DNA from: a virus
Taxonomy: Duplodnaviria > Caudoviricetes
Virus record (IMG/VR): IMGVR_UViG_3300021373_000801
Coordinates: 1-24,994 of that record
DNA: 24,994 bases
Direction: 5' to 3' (one strand)
Shown: positions 8,875-17,244 of the stretch, in pieces
How the letters are laid out: each line of letters starts with the position of its first letter
Position numbering within the stretch: the first letter of the stretch is position 1
Program-made: the position numbers and the translations under genes
The notes under the pieces: generated by a model
Database searches by the model: none
What the model was told of the DNA's origin: nothing
Seen by the model: only the letters and a program-made list of their open reading frames with translations

Positions 8875-9656
8875 TTATAATTGTCCAGTTAAGCAATAGT
8901 TGTCAATGTCAGCTCCATCAATGAAAAACTTTTCATATAACTTAAGAGCTTTCTCAACTTTCTCCTCTCCTCTGAAATAAAAGTTTTCCGAGCAGTTAAA
9001 GATACCAATGTCAAGACTTCCTTTGTCAAGCACTAAGAAATAAAAATCTTCATGCTTCTTATTGAATAGATTGCAGTAAAGAAAGCACTGCACATCATAA
9101 GAATATTTTTGTGCTGAATAGTGAAAGTCCTTAACGCTTGATGAAGATGTCTTTAAATCTACAATTCTATTATCTGCAAGAACATCCGCTTTACCTCGAA
9201 ATGGTAGTCCTTTAATATTATCAATTCCAGGAACTTCAAACTCTGCTTTTGTGATCAATTCCTTTGCGTGTTCATTCTTAAAGAAAGCATCCACTAAACG
9301 CTCTGCATCGCTTCTCTCTTTTGCAGTGAATACTCTTCCAAGCTCCAGCTTTGCTTCTTTGAATTTTTTTGTATTCTTGCTTGAACATCAATAAAAGTCT
9401 GTGCTGCAAAAACCTCTGGCTCTAATATAGCGGTGTGAAATAACCATCCATCTCTAAGTGCTTGAGATTCCTCACTTCCATATTCAAGTGAATATTTGTA
9501 AGTCTTTGGACTTGCAAGAATCTGCTTCAAGCTACTGCTACTCAAAGCCAGTTTGTTAAGCTCTCCATAATAGAAAGAATCATCATCCATTTTTTTGAGC
9601 AACTCGGCTCTGTCATACTGCTTTCCATCCAAAAGCGTAATTTTATTCTGTGTCAT
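8875..9656 (-). CDS. PD-(D/E)xK exonuclease, RecE/ExoVIII (DUF3799)-like; apparent 1-nt deletion near 9381
   Basis: N-half LSSSSLK...GWLFHTAILEP and C-half RGKAD...IVDLKT...YDVQ lie in different frames. One extra A (CAA AGC AAG) joins them. Confidence 0.75.
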
Positions 9657-10023
9657 AATCGTAACAGTTTTTTGAGCAATAAGTATCACCATCGGTTTCC
9701 TTGTCGCAAGTTCTACAATAAGTTGTTTCTTCTGGCATATCAATATAATGCATATCGTATTTTTTTAATTCATTAGTTAAGTTTTCAATCTGTTCTTTAA
9801 GGTTTCGAATCTCGTCATTTTTCTGTGATCTCATGAGATTGTATCTCTTTGTTATTATATCCAGCTCTGTTCTTAATGTATTGGTAAACATTCCGATTTC
9901 ATTCATTGCTTTAACGCAATTCCTTAAATCTTTATTAAGTGGCTTTGCATCTTTCCACTCCATTATCTTGTCGGCTAACCAATTAAACCAGAGATTGTAA
10001 GCTTGATTCTGTAATAAATCCAT
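9643..10023 (-). CDS. Hypothetical coiled-coil protein with C-terminal Cys4 Zn-finger-like motif
   Basis: CRTC...YCSKNC; coupled to its neighbours. Confidence 0.6.
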   Translation of the reverse strand: MDLLQNQAYNLWFNWLADKIMEWKDAKPLNKDLRNCVKAMNEIGMFTNTLRTELDIITKRYNLMRSQKNDEIRNLKEQIENLTNELKKYDMHYIDMPEETTYCRTCDKETDGDTYCSKNCYDYDTE

Positions 10024-10208
10024 TATGCTTTACCTAATATAAAACCAATTAAAAAAGTTAAAGAAGCAAACGTAATAATAGCAGCATTGATAATAAACTG
10101 TCTGGCTTGTTTTCTTTGCTCTTCCTTTTGCTCTAACTCTTTTTTAGTATAGACTTCAATTCTGTTGTTTCTTGTTTGGATATGTAATCCTGTTTTTGTT
10201 TTTTTCAT
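10023..10208 (-). CDS. Small membrane protein
   Basis: C-terminal hydrophobic helix FIINAAIITFASLTFLIGFILG. Confidence 0.65.
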   Translation of the reverse strand: MKKTKTGLHIQTRNNRIEVYTKKELEQKEEQRKQARQFIINAAIITFASLTFLIGFILGKA

Positions 10209-10423
10209 TTTGTTATAAATTGTGCAAGTTTCTGATATTTCTCTTGCATGTTTAATTTTTCTTTTTGCACTTCATTAAAAGTTATTTCAACTATTGAAGG
10301 AAGATCCTTAAAGAGCTCGTAAGCATGAAAAGTAATAACTCTTCCATCCTCAAGCTCCATATTTACTTCTCCATTGTTTCCACCCCAGAGAGCAACTGTT
10401 TTTTCTACGTATATCTCTTCCAT
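10205..10423 (-). CDS. Hypothetical protein, 72 aa
   Basis: Start moved to ATG 10423 (MEEIYVEK), 1 nt after the upstream stop. Confidence 0.65.
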   Translation of the reverse strand: MEEIYVEKTVALWGGNNGEVNMELEDGRVITFHAYELFKDLPSIVEITFNEVQKEKLNMQEKYQKLAQFITK

Positions 10424-10424
10424 C

Positions 10425-10796
10425 TTAATTAGTTCTAAAAATGTAATAGTTAGCTCCATCAAAATTATACTCAAGCTCTTCTCCATCATAATGAGCAAAG
10501 GTATGTCCATATCCATCAACAGAGCAGTTCTCTGCTGTTTGTTCCCAGTCAATAGCTAACCATTCTGGTGCTTTAATATCATAGCAATCCTCCGTTATTT
10601 CTCTGATTGCTTCTACATAAATATCCCAGATGTCATTATAGTGAATGAATCTGTATTCCTCTCCATCAATCTCAATGTAGAAATCTGTCTCAATGTCTGT
10701 TAATTTTTGAGTTAGCTCTCTTACTTCATCTCTGTTGATTGCAAGGTCTAACTCTTCGTAAATAAATTCAAGAACTTCTCTTTGTATTGTTTTCAT
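10425..10796 (-). CDS. Acidic protein, putative ArdA-like DNA mimic
   Basis: About a quarter Asp/Glu and aromatic-rich; IDWEQTA...DG...YYIFRTN C-terminus; lies in an early operon. Confidence 0.5.
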   Translation of the reverse strand: MKTIQREVLEFIYEELDLAINRDEVRELTQKLTDIETDFYIEIDGEEYRFIHYNDIWDIYVEAIREITEDCYDIKAPEWLAIDWEQTAENCSVDGYGHTFAHYDGEELEYNFDGANYYIFRTN

Positions 10797-10797
10797 G

Positions 10798-10929
10798 TTA
10801 TGCTTTTTGAAATAATTTGTTTAACTCTTCTCTAATAATATACTGCTCAAACTCTGAACAGTCGTTGTAATAATCTTCTCCGAAAAGCTTGTCGGCTAAC
10901 TGGTTTTTTAATTTATTAATGCTTATCAT
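10798..10929 (-). CDS. Hypothetical protein, 43 aa
   Basis: Read manually: MISINKLKNQLADKLFGEDYYNDC...LFQKA; tightly packed. Confidence 0.6.
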   Translation of the reverse strand: MISINKLKNQLADKLFGEDYYNDCSEFEQYIIREELNKLFQKA

Positions 10930-10942
10930 AATTATCTGCTTT

Positions 10943-11095
10943 TTACTCTTCGATTATTTCTTTAATTTTATCAAATCCCCATCTCTTAACCGCTAACTCT
11001 GTAGCTTCTTCGATACTATCGGCAGATAAATAACCATAAAAGTTAGTATCAATTCCATTCTTGTTCCAAGTTGATGTTCTAATTACTTTGTACAT
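10943..11095 (-). CDS. Hypothetical protein, 50 aa
   Basis: Read manually: MYKVIRTSTW...KIKEIIEE; first gene after the promoter, with an A-rich leader. Confidence 0.6.
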   Translation of the reverse strand: MYKVIRTSTWNKNGIDTNFYGYLSADSIEEATELAVKRWGFDKIKEIIEE

Positions 11096-11124
11096 TTTTT
11101 AAGTTTTAAAAGTTATTAATAGTC

Positions 11125-11156
11125 CAAAAGTAATTCTTTTAATAAGTTTATACAAA
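11125..11156 (-). promoter_or_regulatory. Bacteroidota housekeeping-type promoter (-33/-7)
   Basis: TTTG-N20-TACTTTTG matches the TTTG/TAnnTTTG consensus. Confidence 0.75.
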
Positions 11157-11168
11157 CTTTTTTTAAAA

Positions 11169-11579
11169 TTATTTTTCTACTTCGTTTATATTATTTATTG
11201 AAGCATCTTTCTCATCTATTAAATAACAAGGTTTAAGCACTTTCTTTTTAGTCCAAAGAGATGAATCTGGACAGTAAAAATCTTTCTGTTTGAGCTCTTT
11301 TAATTCATTTAGCCAGAACAAATAATTACCTTTAGGATCATTAACAAAATAAAGAGCAACCTTTCCAGTTGCCAGAAGTTTATCATACCTATCCTTTTCC
11401 AGCATCTTTTGTATGTAATATGCTTTGCGAAAATTCATTGACATAACAACTTCAACTCCTTTAGGAGATTTACCCTCTGCATCATAGTCATATCCATCTC
11501 CTCTGTGAGTTAGCTCCCAACCATCTGCATTCAATAGCATGATAACAGCTCTTTCCCAATCTTCTACGCTTCTACTCAT
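11169..11579 (-). CDS. Hypothetical protein, possibly degenerate PD-(D/E)xK fold
   Basis: YDYDA...VMSMNFR (no E-x-K) and ALYFVND. Confidence 0.55.
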   Translation of the reverse strand: MSRSVEDWERAVIMLLNADGWELTHRGDGYDYDAEGKSPKGVEVVMSMNFRKAYYIQKMLEKDRYDKLLATGKVALYFVNDPKGNYLFWLNELKELKQKDFYCPDSSLWTKKKVLKPCYLIDEKDASINNINEVEK

Positions 11580-11766
11580 TGCTTAATTTATTAAGTTCAT
11601 TTATCCACTGCACTATTCTTTTTGGCTTACATCCGCATGGCTCAAAGTATTGGTGGTTAAAATACTTTGCATGAAGCTGACAAAGAAGCTTAAATTGATC
11701 CTCTTTTATTTTGCCTTTTATTTCCTGGCTTACTTGAAGCCACTTCTGTTTATCTACTTGTTCCAT
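11572..11766 (-). CDS. Small CxC protein
   Basis: 64 aa with EPCGCKP; overlaps its neighbours. Confidence 0.65.
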   Translation of the reverse strand: MEQVDKQKWLQVSQEIKGKIKEDQFKLLCQLHAKYFNHQYFEPCGCKPKRIVQWINELNKLSNE

Positions 11767-11906
11767 AAATCCAAATCAATATCATTCCACTCTTCTCTTC
11801 TCTTATCACATCCACAGTCTTTTCCAACTGCTTTGCTAATCTTTTTTACTAACCAGTGAATACCAGTGTAGTAAGTAAAGTAATACATTAAATCTCCTAA
11901 CTTCAT
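11754..11906 (-). CDS. Small CxC protein, 50 aa
   Basis: Read manually: MKLGD...TGIHWLVK...DCGCDKRREEWN; ATGA overlap with the upstream gene. Confidence 0.7.
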   Translation of the reverse strand: MKLGDLMYYFTYYTGIHWLVKKISKAVGKDCGCDKRREEWNDIDLDLWNK

Positions 11907-12325
11907 AACTTATAATTATATAACATTTCTTTTTTTATCAAATAAGCTTTTTTGCTTTTTGTATCTCCTTTTCCAATAAACTCCACCCAGTTGAGATGAT
12001 TCTCTTTTATGCAGTCTTTTATCCGATCTTTTAAAAACCAGTGATAAGCATATCCATCAAAGATTACCCAATACTTTGCTTTACTTGTGCTCAACGCAGA
12101 TGGTCTGTTATTAAATTCAATCTCTATTACAATATTACCAGTGAATTTACTTTTTTCATCACTCTTCACTTCTACTCCGATTTCAAGCTCTGGGATAAAA
12201 ATATCATACTCCTTGCAGTATCCATCCTTGATGAAAGCTTTTGGGTATTTCTTTTGAATTACCTCCAGGATAACATTCTCATGATATTTCCCTCTTTTTA
12301 AATCTCTATTAAAAGTCTCAATCAA
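11903..12325 (-). CDS. Putative PD-(D/E)xK nuclease
   Basis: YDIF...VEVKSD...TGNIVIE. Confidence 0.65.
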   Translation of the reverse strand: MIETFNRDLKRGKYHENVILEVIQKKYPKAFIKDGYCKEYDIFIPELEIGVEVKSDEKSKFTGNIVIEIEFNNRPSALSTSKAKYWVIFDGYAYHWFLKDRIKDCIKENHLNWVEFIGKGDTKSKKAYLIKKEMLYNYKL

Positions 12326-12816
12326 AGCTGGTCTTTTATAAATTTCTTTGCGTTAGTATATGTATTGTAAAGTGAATAATAACTGATTTTTGTATCTCTG
12401 CTCAATTCTGCAACGCTCTTTCCAGAAGCACAAATCTCAAAGACTTTCCTATCATACCAGAACATCTTGTCCATTAAATCGTCAATTTTTTTCTTTTTAT
12501 TTGCATACTCAACCTCATCAATTCCAAGCTCCTCCGCTTGTTTAAACTCATTAATCTCCTCAAGATACATTTTGATTTGCTTTGCTTCCTTTTTATATAT
12601 GTTTAAATAAATTCCTCTTAAAACTTTATAACAGTAATATGTATTCACTTCCTCTCCATACCAAAGATCAAGTCCTTTCTGCACATCCAGATGGAGCTGT
12701 ATATACATTTCTTGAACAATGTCTTCTGCTGTTGAGGAGTTGCATCCAAAAGACTTGACAATCCGTATCCAGTCTTGGTGTTTATTATAAGCTATTTCAA
12801 CAAGGGATTTTTTCAT
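12322..12816 (-). CDS. ECF-type sigma-70 family factor
   Basis: Region 2 AEDIVQEMYI; region 4 WYDRKVF...SVAELSRDTKIS. Confidence 0.8.
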   Translation of the reverse strand: MKKSLVEIAYNKHQDWIRIVKSFGCNSSTAEDIVQEMYIQLHLDVQKGLDLWYGEEVNTYYCYKVLRGIYLNIYKKEAKQIKMYLEEINEFKQAEELGIDEVEYANKKKKIDDLMDKMFWYDRKVFEICASGKSVAELSRDTKISYYSLYNTYTNAKKFIKDQL

Positions 12817-12825
12817 ACTTTAAAT

Positions 12826-13674
12826 TTATAGTCCACAATACCCAGAATCACAATCATTGAAGTCATCTTCAAAGAGCTCTGTTTGTTTTAAACTGTTTTT
12901 AATATCAATGTATTTCATTCCATTCTTAAAAGTTCGAGCTCCATACCCAGCAGTATTTTCTTGATCTATAAACCATTGAAATTTCTCTGGATGTTTATCA
13001 CTCATTAATTTTAAAAGCACTGGATTTCTGTGAAAGCATCCAATACAGTTGTTCATATATGCAAATCTAACTGGTTTATCTTTCCAGAACTTTTCAATTG
13101 AATCTTTATAGATATTATCATCTATTAAAGGAAAGACTGGTTTTTGCCAGGATATGTCCGCCCACTTATTTCTTGTTTTTCTTTTTCCAACTATTTTTTT
13201 GTGAGATAAGATTCCATTTTCATCAGATTTCTCAATCATGTTTTTGGCTCTTCTCATTTCATTAGCTCTGAATCCAATACGCATCTCAACTGGATCTGTA
13301 AAATTTTTATCCCACCAGTCAAAAATTGGCTTTAATTTCATAAGTTCAGTGCAGAATCTTATTGTTGCGTTAGGAAGATATTTTTTATCTCCTCTTATTA
13401 TAACCTCATCAAAAGTCTTTCCAGTTACCCAAGATATTTCTTGACCGATGTATTGCTCAAGATCAATCATTGTGTATATTATTGCATCCTCTTCCAAAGT
13501 TCCAATAAATTCAACTCCAAGCTTGTCGCTTACTTCTTGTCTGATTTTTTTATCTGGAAACATGCAATTTTTATCACTTGTTCTTACAAGAGCAAAAACA
13601 TTGTAATCTGCTTTATAATTAGCAGCAATATAACTGGAAGTTTTCCCTCCGCTTAAACTATTAACTGTAATCAT
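12826..13674 (-). CDS. PAPS reductase-like (PP-loop) protein
   Basis: SLSGGKTS, RFCTELMK, IGFRANE..RA, NCIGCF, C-terminal CDSGYC. Confidence 0.75.
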   Translation of the reverse strand: MITVNSLSGGKTSSYIAANYKADYNVFALVRTSDKNCMFPDKKIRQEVSDKLGVEFIGTLEEDAIIYTMIDLEQYIGQEISWVTGKTFDEVIIRGDKKYLPNATIRFCTELMKLKPIFDWWDKNFTDPVEMRIGFRANEMRRAKNMIEKSDENGILSHKKIVGKRKTRNKWADISWQKPVFPLIDDNIYKDSIEKFWKDKPVRFAYMNNCIGCFHRNPVLLKLMSDKHPEKFQWFIDQENTAGYGARTFKNGMKYIDIKNSLKQTELFEDDFNDCDSGYCGL

Positions 13675-14531
13675 ACATCTAATTTTTTTGGCACATAATA
13701 TTCCAGTGGATCATAAATCTCTCCAACCACAAATGGTAGTCCGTATTCATTTATACTAAAGCTGAATGTTTCAAAAGCGTATCCCCTTGAGCGTTTACAG
13801 CTCACTGTTATCCAATCCTTATTTACTGTATTTGCTTCAAGCTGTATCTGGCTCTCTGTTTTTTTCTCAAGGAATGATCCAAGATGACCAGTCGGTTTAT
13901 CGCTTCCATAATTTGAATGTATTACTGTAATTATATGGCAGTTAAATTTTGCACTCCACTCCATTATTTTCTGCACACAAAGATTGCTTTCCTCAAGATT
14001 GTTTACATCACTTACAAGGTCTGCAATCCCATCAATCACAACAACTCCATTTTTATCTCCATTCTCTTTTAAGCAAAACTCTATAAACTCCATTCTTTGT
14101 TTATAATTAATAGTCCTCAAAGCATATGTTTGGTAGCATCCAGGATTTTTCATGTTAGCCATATCAAGCACACGCTTAAAAACTCGTTGTGAATGCCAGT
14201 GTCCTTGTTCTGTATCGAAATGCATCAAGCACTTTCCATCTCTGTGCCCTAAGATTTTACCACCAAAATTATTACCTCCACTTAAATAAACCGAAGCAAG
14301 TAGAGTAATAAAGAATGTCTTTTTTGTCTTTGGTGGAGCTTGAACAAATGAGAAGTTACCATACGTTCCAATAGGAATTGGAAAGGTTATCTCTCCAGCT
14401 TTTGTCTGAATTGTTTTATTTCCTAAGCTCAAAGCAGTTGGAGGATAGTCAAGAACTTCTGTTGTATTGACTTCGCACTCTTCCTTGATGAGCTCCATTA
14501 ACATTCTGTCTGTTGTTTCCTTTTCTGTCAT
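13671..14531 (-). CDS. RecA-fold/AAA_25 replicative helicase-like ATPase
   Basis: Deviant Walker A APPKTKKT, FDTEQG, Walker B VVIDGIAD, VIHSN, GHLGS..EKK. Confidence 0.75.
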   Translation of the reverse strand: MTEKETTDRMLMELIKEECEVNTTEVLDYPPTALSLGNKTIQTKAGEITFPIPIGTYGNFSFVQAPPKTKKTFFITLLASVYLSGGNNFGGKILGHRDGKCLMHFDTEQGHWHSQRVFKRVLDMANMKNPGCYQTYALRTINYKQRMEFIEFCLKENGDKNGVVVIDGIADLVSDVNNLEESNLCVQKIMEWSAKFNCHIITVIHSNYGSDKPTGHLGSFLEKKTESQIQLEANTVNKDWITVSCKRSRGYAFETFSFSINEYGLPFVVGEIYDPLEYYVPKKLDV

Positions 14532-14564
14532 TTTTTAATATTGTTCTTTGTTATCATAAATATA

Positions 14565-14592
14565 TAAAAAAAAGGGAAGCCGAAGCTCCCCT
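14565..14592 (-). terminator. Intrinsic terminator
   Basis: GGGGAGC-TTCG-GCTTCCC followed by a T-run; cUUCGg tetraloop. Confidence 0.85.
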
Positions 14593-14599
14593 ATAAAAA

Positions 14600-14902
14600 T
14601 TAAAAAGGTAGATCCGCTGACTCTTGTGGAGAAGCTTCAACCTCTGGAGCTGCTTCACGCTCTGCATTTACGATTGTGCCATTGTTCCAGACTACTTTTC
14701 CATTGCCTAAGTAAGTCTTTTGCTTTTTGGCTTCTCTTTCCTCTTGCGTTTGGCTAACATAGATACCAGTATTGTTACCGTATCTTGTTTCATCATTGAC
14801 GCTCATTGTGAGATTTACATATACCGCTCCATCTTTTCCAGCGATAAATTTCTCCTTTGGTAGCTTTGCTACGTTTAAACTAAAATTAATTAATGCACTC
14901 AT
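14600..14902 (-). CDS. Single-stranded DNA-binding protein-like
   Basis: YGN...SQTQEERE...YLGNGK; acidic tail ending DLPF. Confidence 0.7.
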   Translation of the reverse strand: MSALINFSLNVAKLPKEKFIAGKDGAVYVNLTMSVNDETRYGNNTGIYVSQTQEEREAKKQKTYLGNGKVVWNNGTIVNAEREAAPEVEASPQESADLPF

Positions 14903-14913
14903 ATTTATATATA

Positions 14914-15321
14914 TTAAAGGGTTTTAAATTCTGTTTTTGGTTTCTTAAAACTTTCGCTTTCATCTTCTCCGAATACTCCGAGTTCATAAAAGCCAGTTAG
15001 TTTCAAAACTGCTCTGCTCATTGCACGTTTTTCTGCCATCTCTGGAACGTACCACGAGTTAGTATTTCCATCTTTGTAATTAGCTCCTTTTAAAGCACTT
15101 CCAAAGGTTTCAATTTTCTTTCCATCTTTCTCTGCATGAGCTTTAAATACTGCGAAATTCGGCTCACATCTAATTACCTCATAACTAACGCTCATTTGCT
15201 CAAGAGCTTGTATCTTGTCAATACCTTGTCTTGTAATGATTGTATAGTGTTGATGTTTAAAGAAATCTTCTTTTGTAAGGTTATACTTTTTGTATAACTC
15301 TGTTAATTTCTGTTTATTCAT
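14914..15321 (-). CDS. Putative single-strand annealing protein
   Basis: EMAEKRAMSRAVLKL.G...GEDE resembles Rad52/Sak-type motifs; lies upstream of the SSB gene. Confidence 0.45.
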   Translation of the reverse strand: MNKQKLTELYKKYNLTKEDFFKHQHYTIITRQGIDKIQALEQMSVSYEVIRCEPNFAVFKAHAEKDGKKIETFGSALKGANYKDGNTNSWYVPEMAEKRAMSRAVLKLTGFYELGVFGEDESESFKKPKTEFKTL

Positions 15322-15461
15322 TCCTCTTCTTTTATTAAATTGTTTACTTCAATTATTGCTTCAAGAAATTCAATTCTTTTTTCCAAAGCTTCGATTCTTA
15401 AATTTAAAAAATCAACTTGTGATGGAGATGTTGCTCTCCTTACATCTTCTGTATGTGTCAT
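15318..15461 (-). CDS. Hypothetical coiled-coil protein, 47 aa
   Basis: Read manually: MTHTEDVRR...LRIEALEKRIEFLE; ATGA overlaps at both ends. Confidence 0.7.
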   Translation of the reverse strand: MTHTEDVRRATSPSQVDFLNLRIEALEKRIEFLEAIIEVNNLIKEEE

Positions 15462-15658
15462 AGCTCTTCAAAAAATTGGAAAGCATCTAAACTCCCAAAG
15501 ACAAAATTTAAGTCAATGATTGTTTCATACCTAAGTTTGTGAACAAATCTCTCGTTTTCTAAGTCTTCACAGATCCTATCAACTAAGTCTGGAATTTTTA
15601 AGTTCCACTTCTCAAGCTCTTGCTTATAATGTGGCTTTAATCTTTGTAATAAATTCAT
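15458..15658 (-). CDS. Hypothetical protein, 66 aa
   Basis: First ORF after a promoter. Confidence 0.65.
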   Translation of the reverse strand: MNLLQRLKPHYKQELEKWNLKIPDLVDRICEDLENERFVHKLRYETIIDLNFVFGSLDAFQFFEEL

Positions 15659-15690
15659 TTGTTTAATGTTATAAAAAGTTAATAATATCC

Positions 15691-15719
15691 CAAAGTTATA
15701 AAAAAAATTTAATTATCAA
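15691..15719 (-). promoter_or_regulatory. Bacteroidota housekeeping-type promoter
   Basis: TTG-N18-TAACTTTG upstream of the replication operon. Confidence 0.7.
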
Positions 15720-15730
15720 CAATTTATCAC

Positions 15731-15756
15731 AAAAAAAACCACCTATTAAGGTGGCT
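15731..15756 (-). terminator. Intrinsic terminator
   Basis: GCCACCT-TAAT-AGGTGGT followed by a T-run. Confidence 0.8.
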
Positions 15757-15865
15757 CTTTCCGAGTTGGTTAACTCTTTGATAACAAAAAACAAAGATTA
15801 TTTCTTAATCAAATATACTTAATAAATAAAAAAAAGAGATTAAAACGCTAAAGAGTTATCAACAA

Positions 15866-16264
15866 TTAAAAGTTCTGGATGCTTTTAAGATCATCAAGCT
15901 TAGTCTTGAAATCCTGGAATACTTCCAACCATTCTGAATCAGTAAGTTTAAGAACTCCTCTTGATAATGTAAGAAGCTCTTGACTTAAATCCTCTCCAAG
16001 CTTTAAGCTGTATTCATATTGCCTACCGTATTCAAAGCGATTGCATTTACGACATTGTGCATGAACGTTTCTTTCATCATATCGAGTAATAAGATGTTGC
16101 CTTGATATGAAATGTCCAGCATCAGTTTCAGAAAAGTGAACTTGCTTTCCACAAGATATACAAGAGCAGTATCCAGTTTCATTGTCTGCATCTCTTCTCC
16201 TTATATATTCATGAAATACTTTGTCAATCTTAGTTTTCCAGTATTTTAAAGTTTTTTTTGGCAT
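15866..16264 (-). CDS. ninG: NinG/Rap family recombination nuclease
   Basis: YIRRRD...CISCG...DAGHF...RYDERNVHAQCRKCN. Confidence 0.9.
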   Translation of the reverse strand: MPKKTLKYWKTKIDKVFHEYIRRRDADNETGYCSCISCGKQVHFSETDAGHFISRQHLITRYDERNVHAQCRKCNRFEYGRQYEYSLKLGEDLSQELLTLSRGVLKLTDSEWLEVFQDFKTKLDDLKSIQNF

Positions 16265-16358
16265 AAGATTACAATTCCGAAGTCATATATTTATTACTAT
16301 TTTTTTAGAAATGTATGTATCTATATAATTAGAAAACATATTTTTATAATAAATAGTT

Positions 16359-16366
16359 CAAAGTTA
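16359..16366 (-). promoter_or_regulatory. Bacteroidota -7 promoter element upstream of ninG
   Basis: TAACTTTG in an AT-rich intergenic region; TTTG lies 23 nt upstream. Confidence 0.5.
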
Positions 16367-16397
16367 TATATTATTTTTTAAATATAAAACAAAAAAA

Positions 16398-16877
16398 TTA
16401 TTTTTTCCAGTGTTTAGTGATTTTTTCTGCTGATCTCATTCCGAAGTATCCTCCATAGACTAACAATAAAAGTGAAGACAATAAATCAATCCAGTTAGAA
16501 TCAATCTTAAATCCCTCCAAAGAGCTGTCAAGAATTATGTATATAAATAAAGTGATTGTTAAAAAAGCCAGAGATAATGGTCTAATGTTTTTTGAAAGCC
16601 AGGAATCACTGCTCATATCTGCAACCCAACGCTTTGTTGTTTCTTGCATCTCAATCATGTCGTGTCTTAGCTCTTCCAGGAGCATCTCTTTGTCAATCTC
16701 TGAAAGCTCCTTGTCTCCTTTTATCTTATCTGCTAAATCTTTTAATTGATCAATACCAGTTATGCTTCCAGCAACAGTAAGAATCTCTGGAGCTACTTCC
16801 TTTCCTTGTCTGACTAACCAACGTAGAGCATCTCCAACTCTTGTTGTACCATGCTTTTCTTTATACTTTCCTGGCAT
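16398..16877 (-). CDS. Holin (3TM/GTA-holin-like)
   Basis: RWVADM..DSWLSKNIRP, two hydrophobic helices, YFGMRSAEK; follows the endolysin. Confidence 0.75.
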   Translation of the reverse strand: MPGKYKEKHGTTRVGDALRWLVRQGKEVAPEILTVAGSITGIDQLKDLADKIKGDKELSEIDKEMLLEELRHDMIEMQETTKRWVADMSSDSWLSKNIRPLSLAFLTITLFIYIILDSSLEGFKIDSNWIDLLSSLLLLVYGGYFGMRSAEKITKHWKK

Positions 16878-17244
16878 AATTCCAACGTGCTTTTGTTCTT
16901 CTTATATCATAGTGAGTAAACGTATCATAAGCTCCAACTCCTCCTTGCAAGAGCTCTCCTATATCAATCAAGTCCTCAATCATTACAAAGACTTCTGCTG
17001 GCTTTAAACTTTGGATTGTGATATCTGCTGCCTTACCTAATAAGTGCTGGCTTCGGCTACTTCCTTTTATTTTAGAATTATGATCTGGACATCTATATGC
17101 ACTATTTATTGTGATTGCTCTTCCAGTATAATCTCTTAACCTCTGGAGCTGTCCAGCAAGTTTGATGACATTCTCATAAACTTCCAGTGGCATCTTGCAA
17201 CCGCACTTGCATTCGAATTCATGAATTTTAAAGTTCTTTGTCAT
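16861..17244 (-). CDS. Endolysin, peptidase M15 family
   Basis: EFECKCG, INSAYRC..HN, SQHLLGKAADI, FTHYDIR. Confidence 0.9.
   Translation of the reverse strand: MTKNFKIHEFECKCGCKMPLEVYENVIKLAGQLQRLRDYTGRAITINSAYRCPDHNSKIKGSSRSQHLLGKAADITIQSLKPAEVFVMIEDLIDIGELLQGGVGAYDTFTHYDIRRTKARWNYARKV

Noticed and set aside
9360-9385. Programmed frameshift at the A7 run in the exonuclease
   Set aside because: A AAA AAA/T is nearby, but no such recoding is known to me for this family and a 1-nt error explains it more simply.
9657-9743. Upstream extension of the exonuclease N-half
   Set aside because: It overlaps the previous gene; MTQNK at 9656 is the more plausible start.
10424-10552. N-terminal extension of the 115 aa ORF
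   Set aside because: It overlaps the acidic protein gene; ATG 10423 is the coupled start.
7403-16191. Nested minus-strand ORFs 7403-7621 and 16003-16191
   Set aside because: Out-of-frame ORFs inside the methyltransferase and ninG genes with no independent support.
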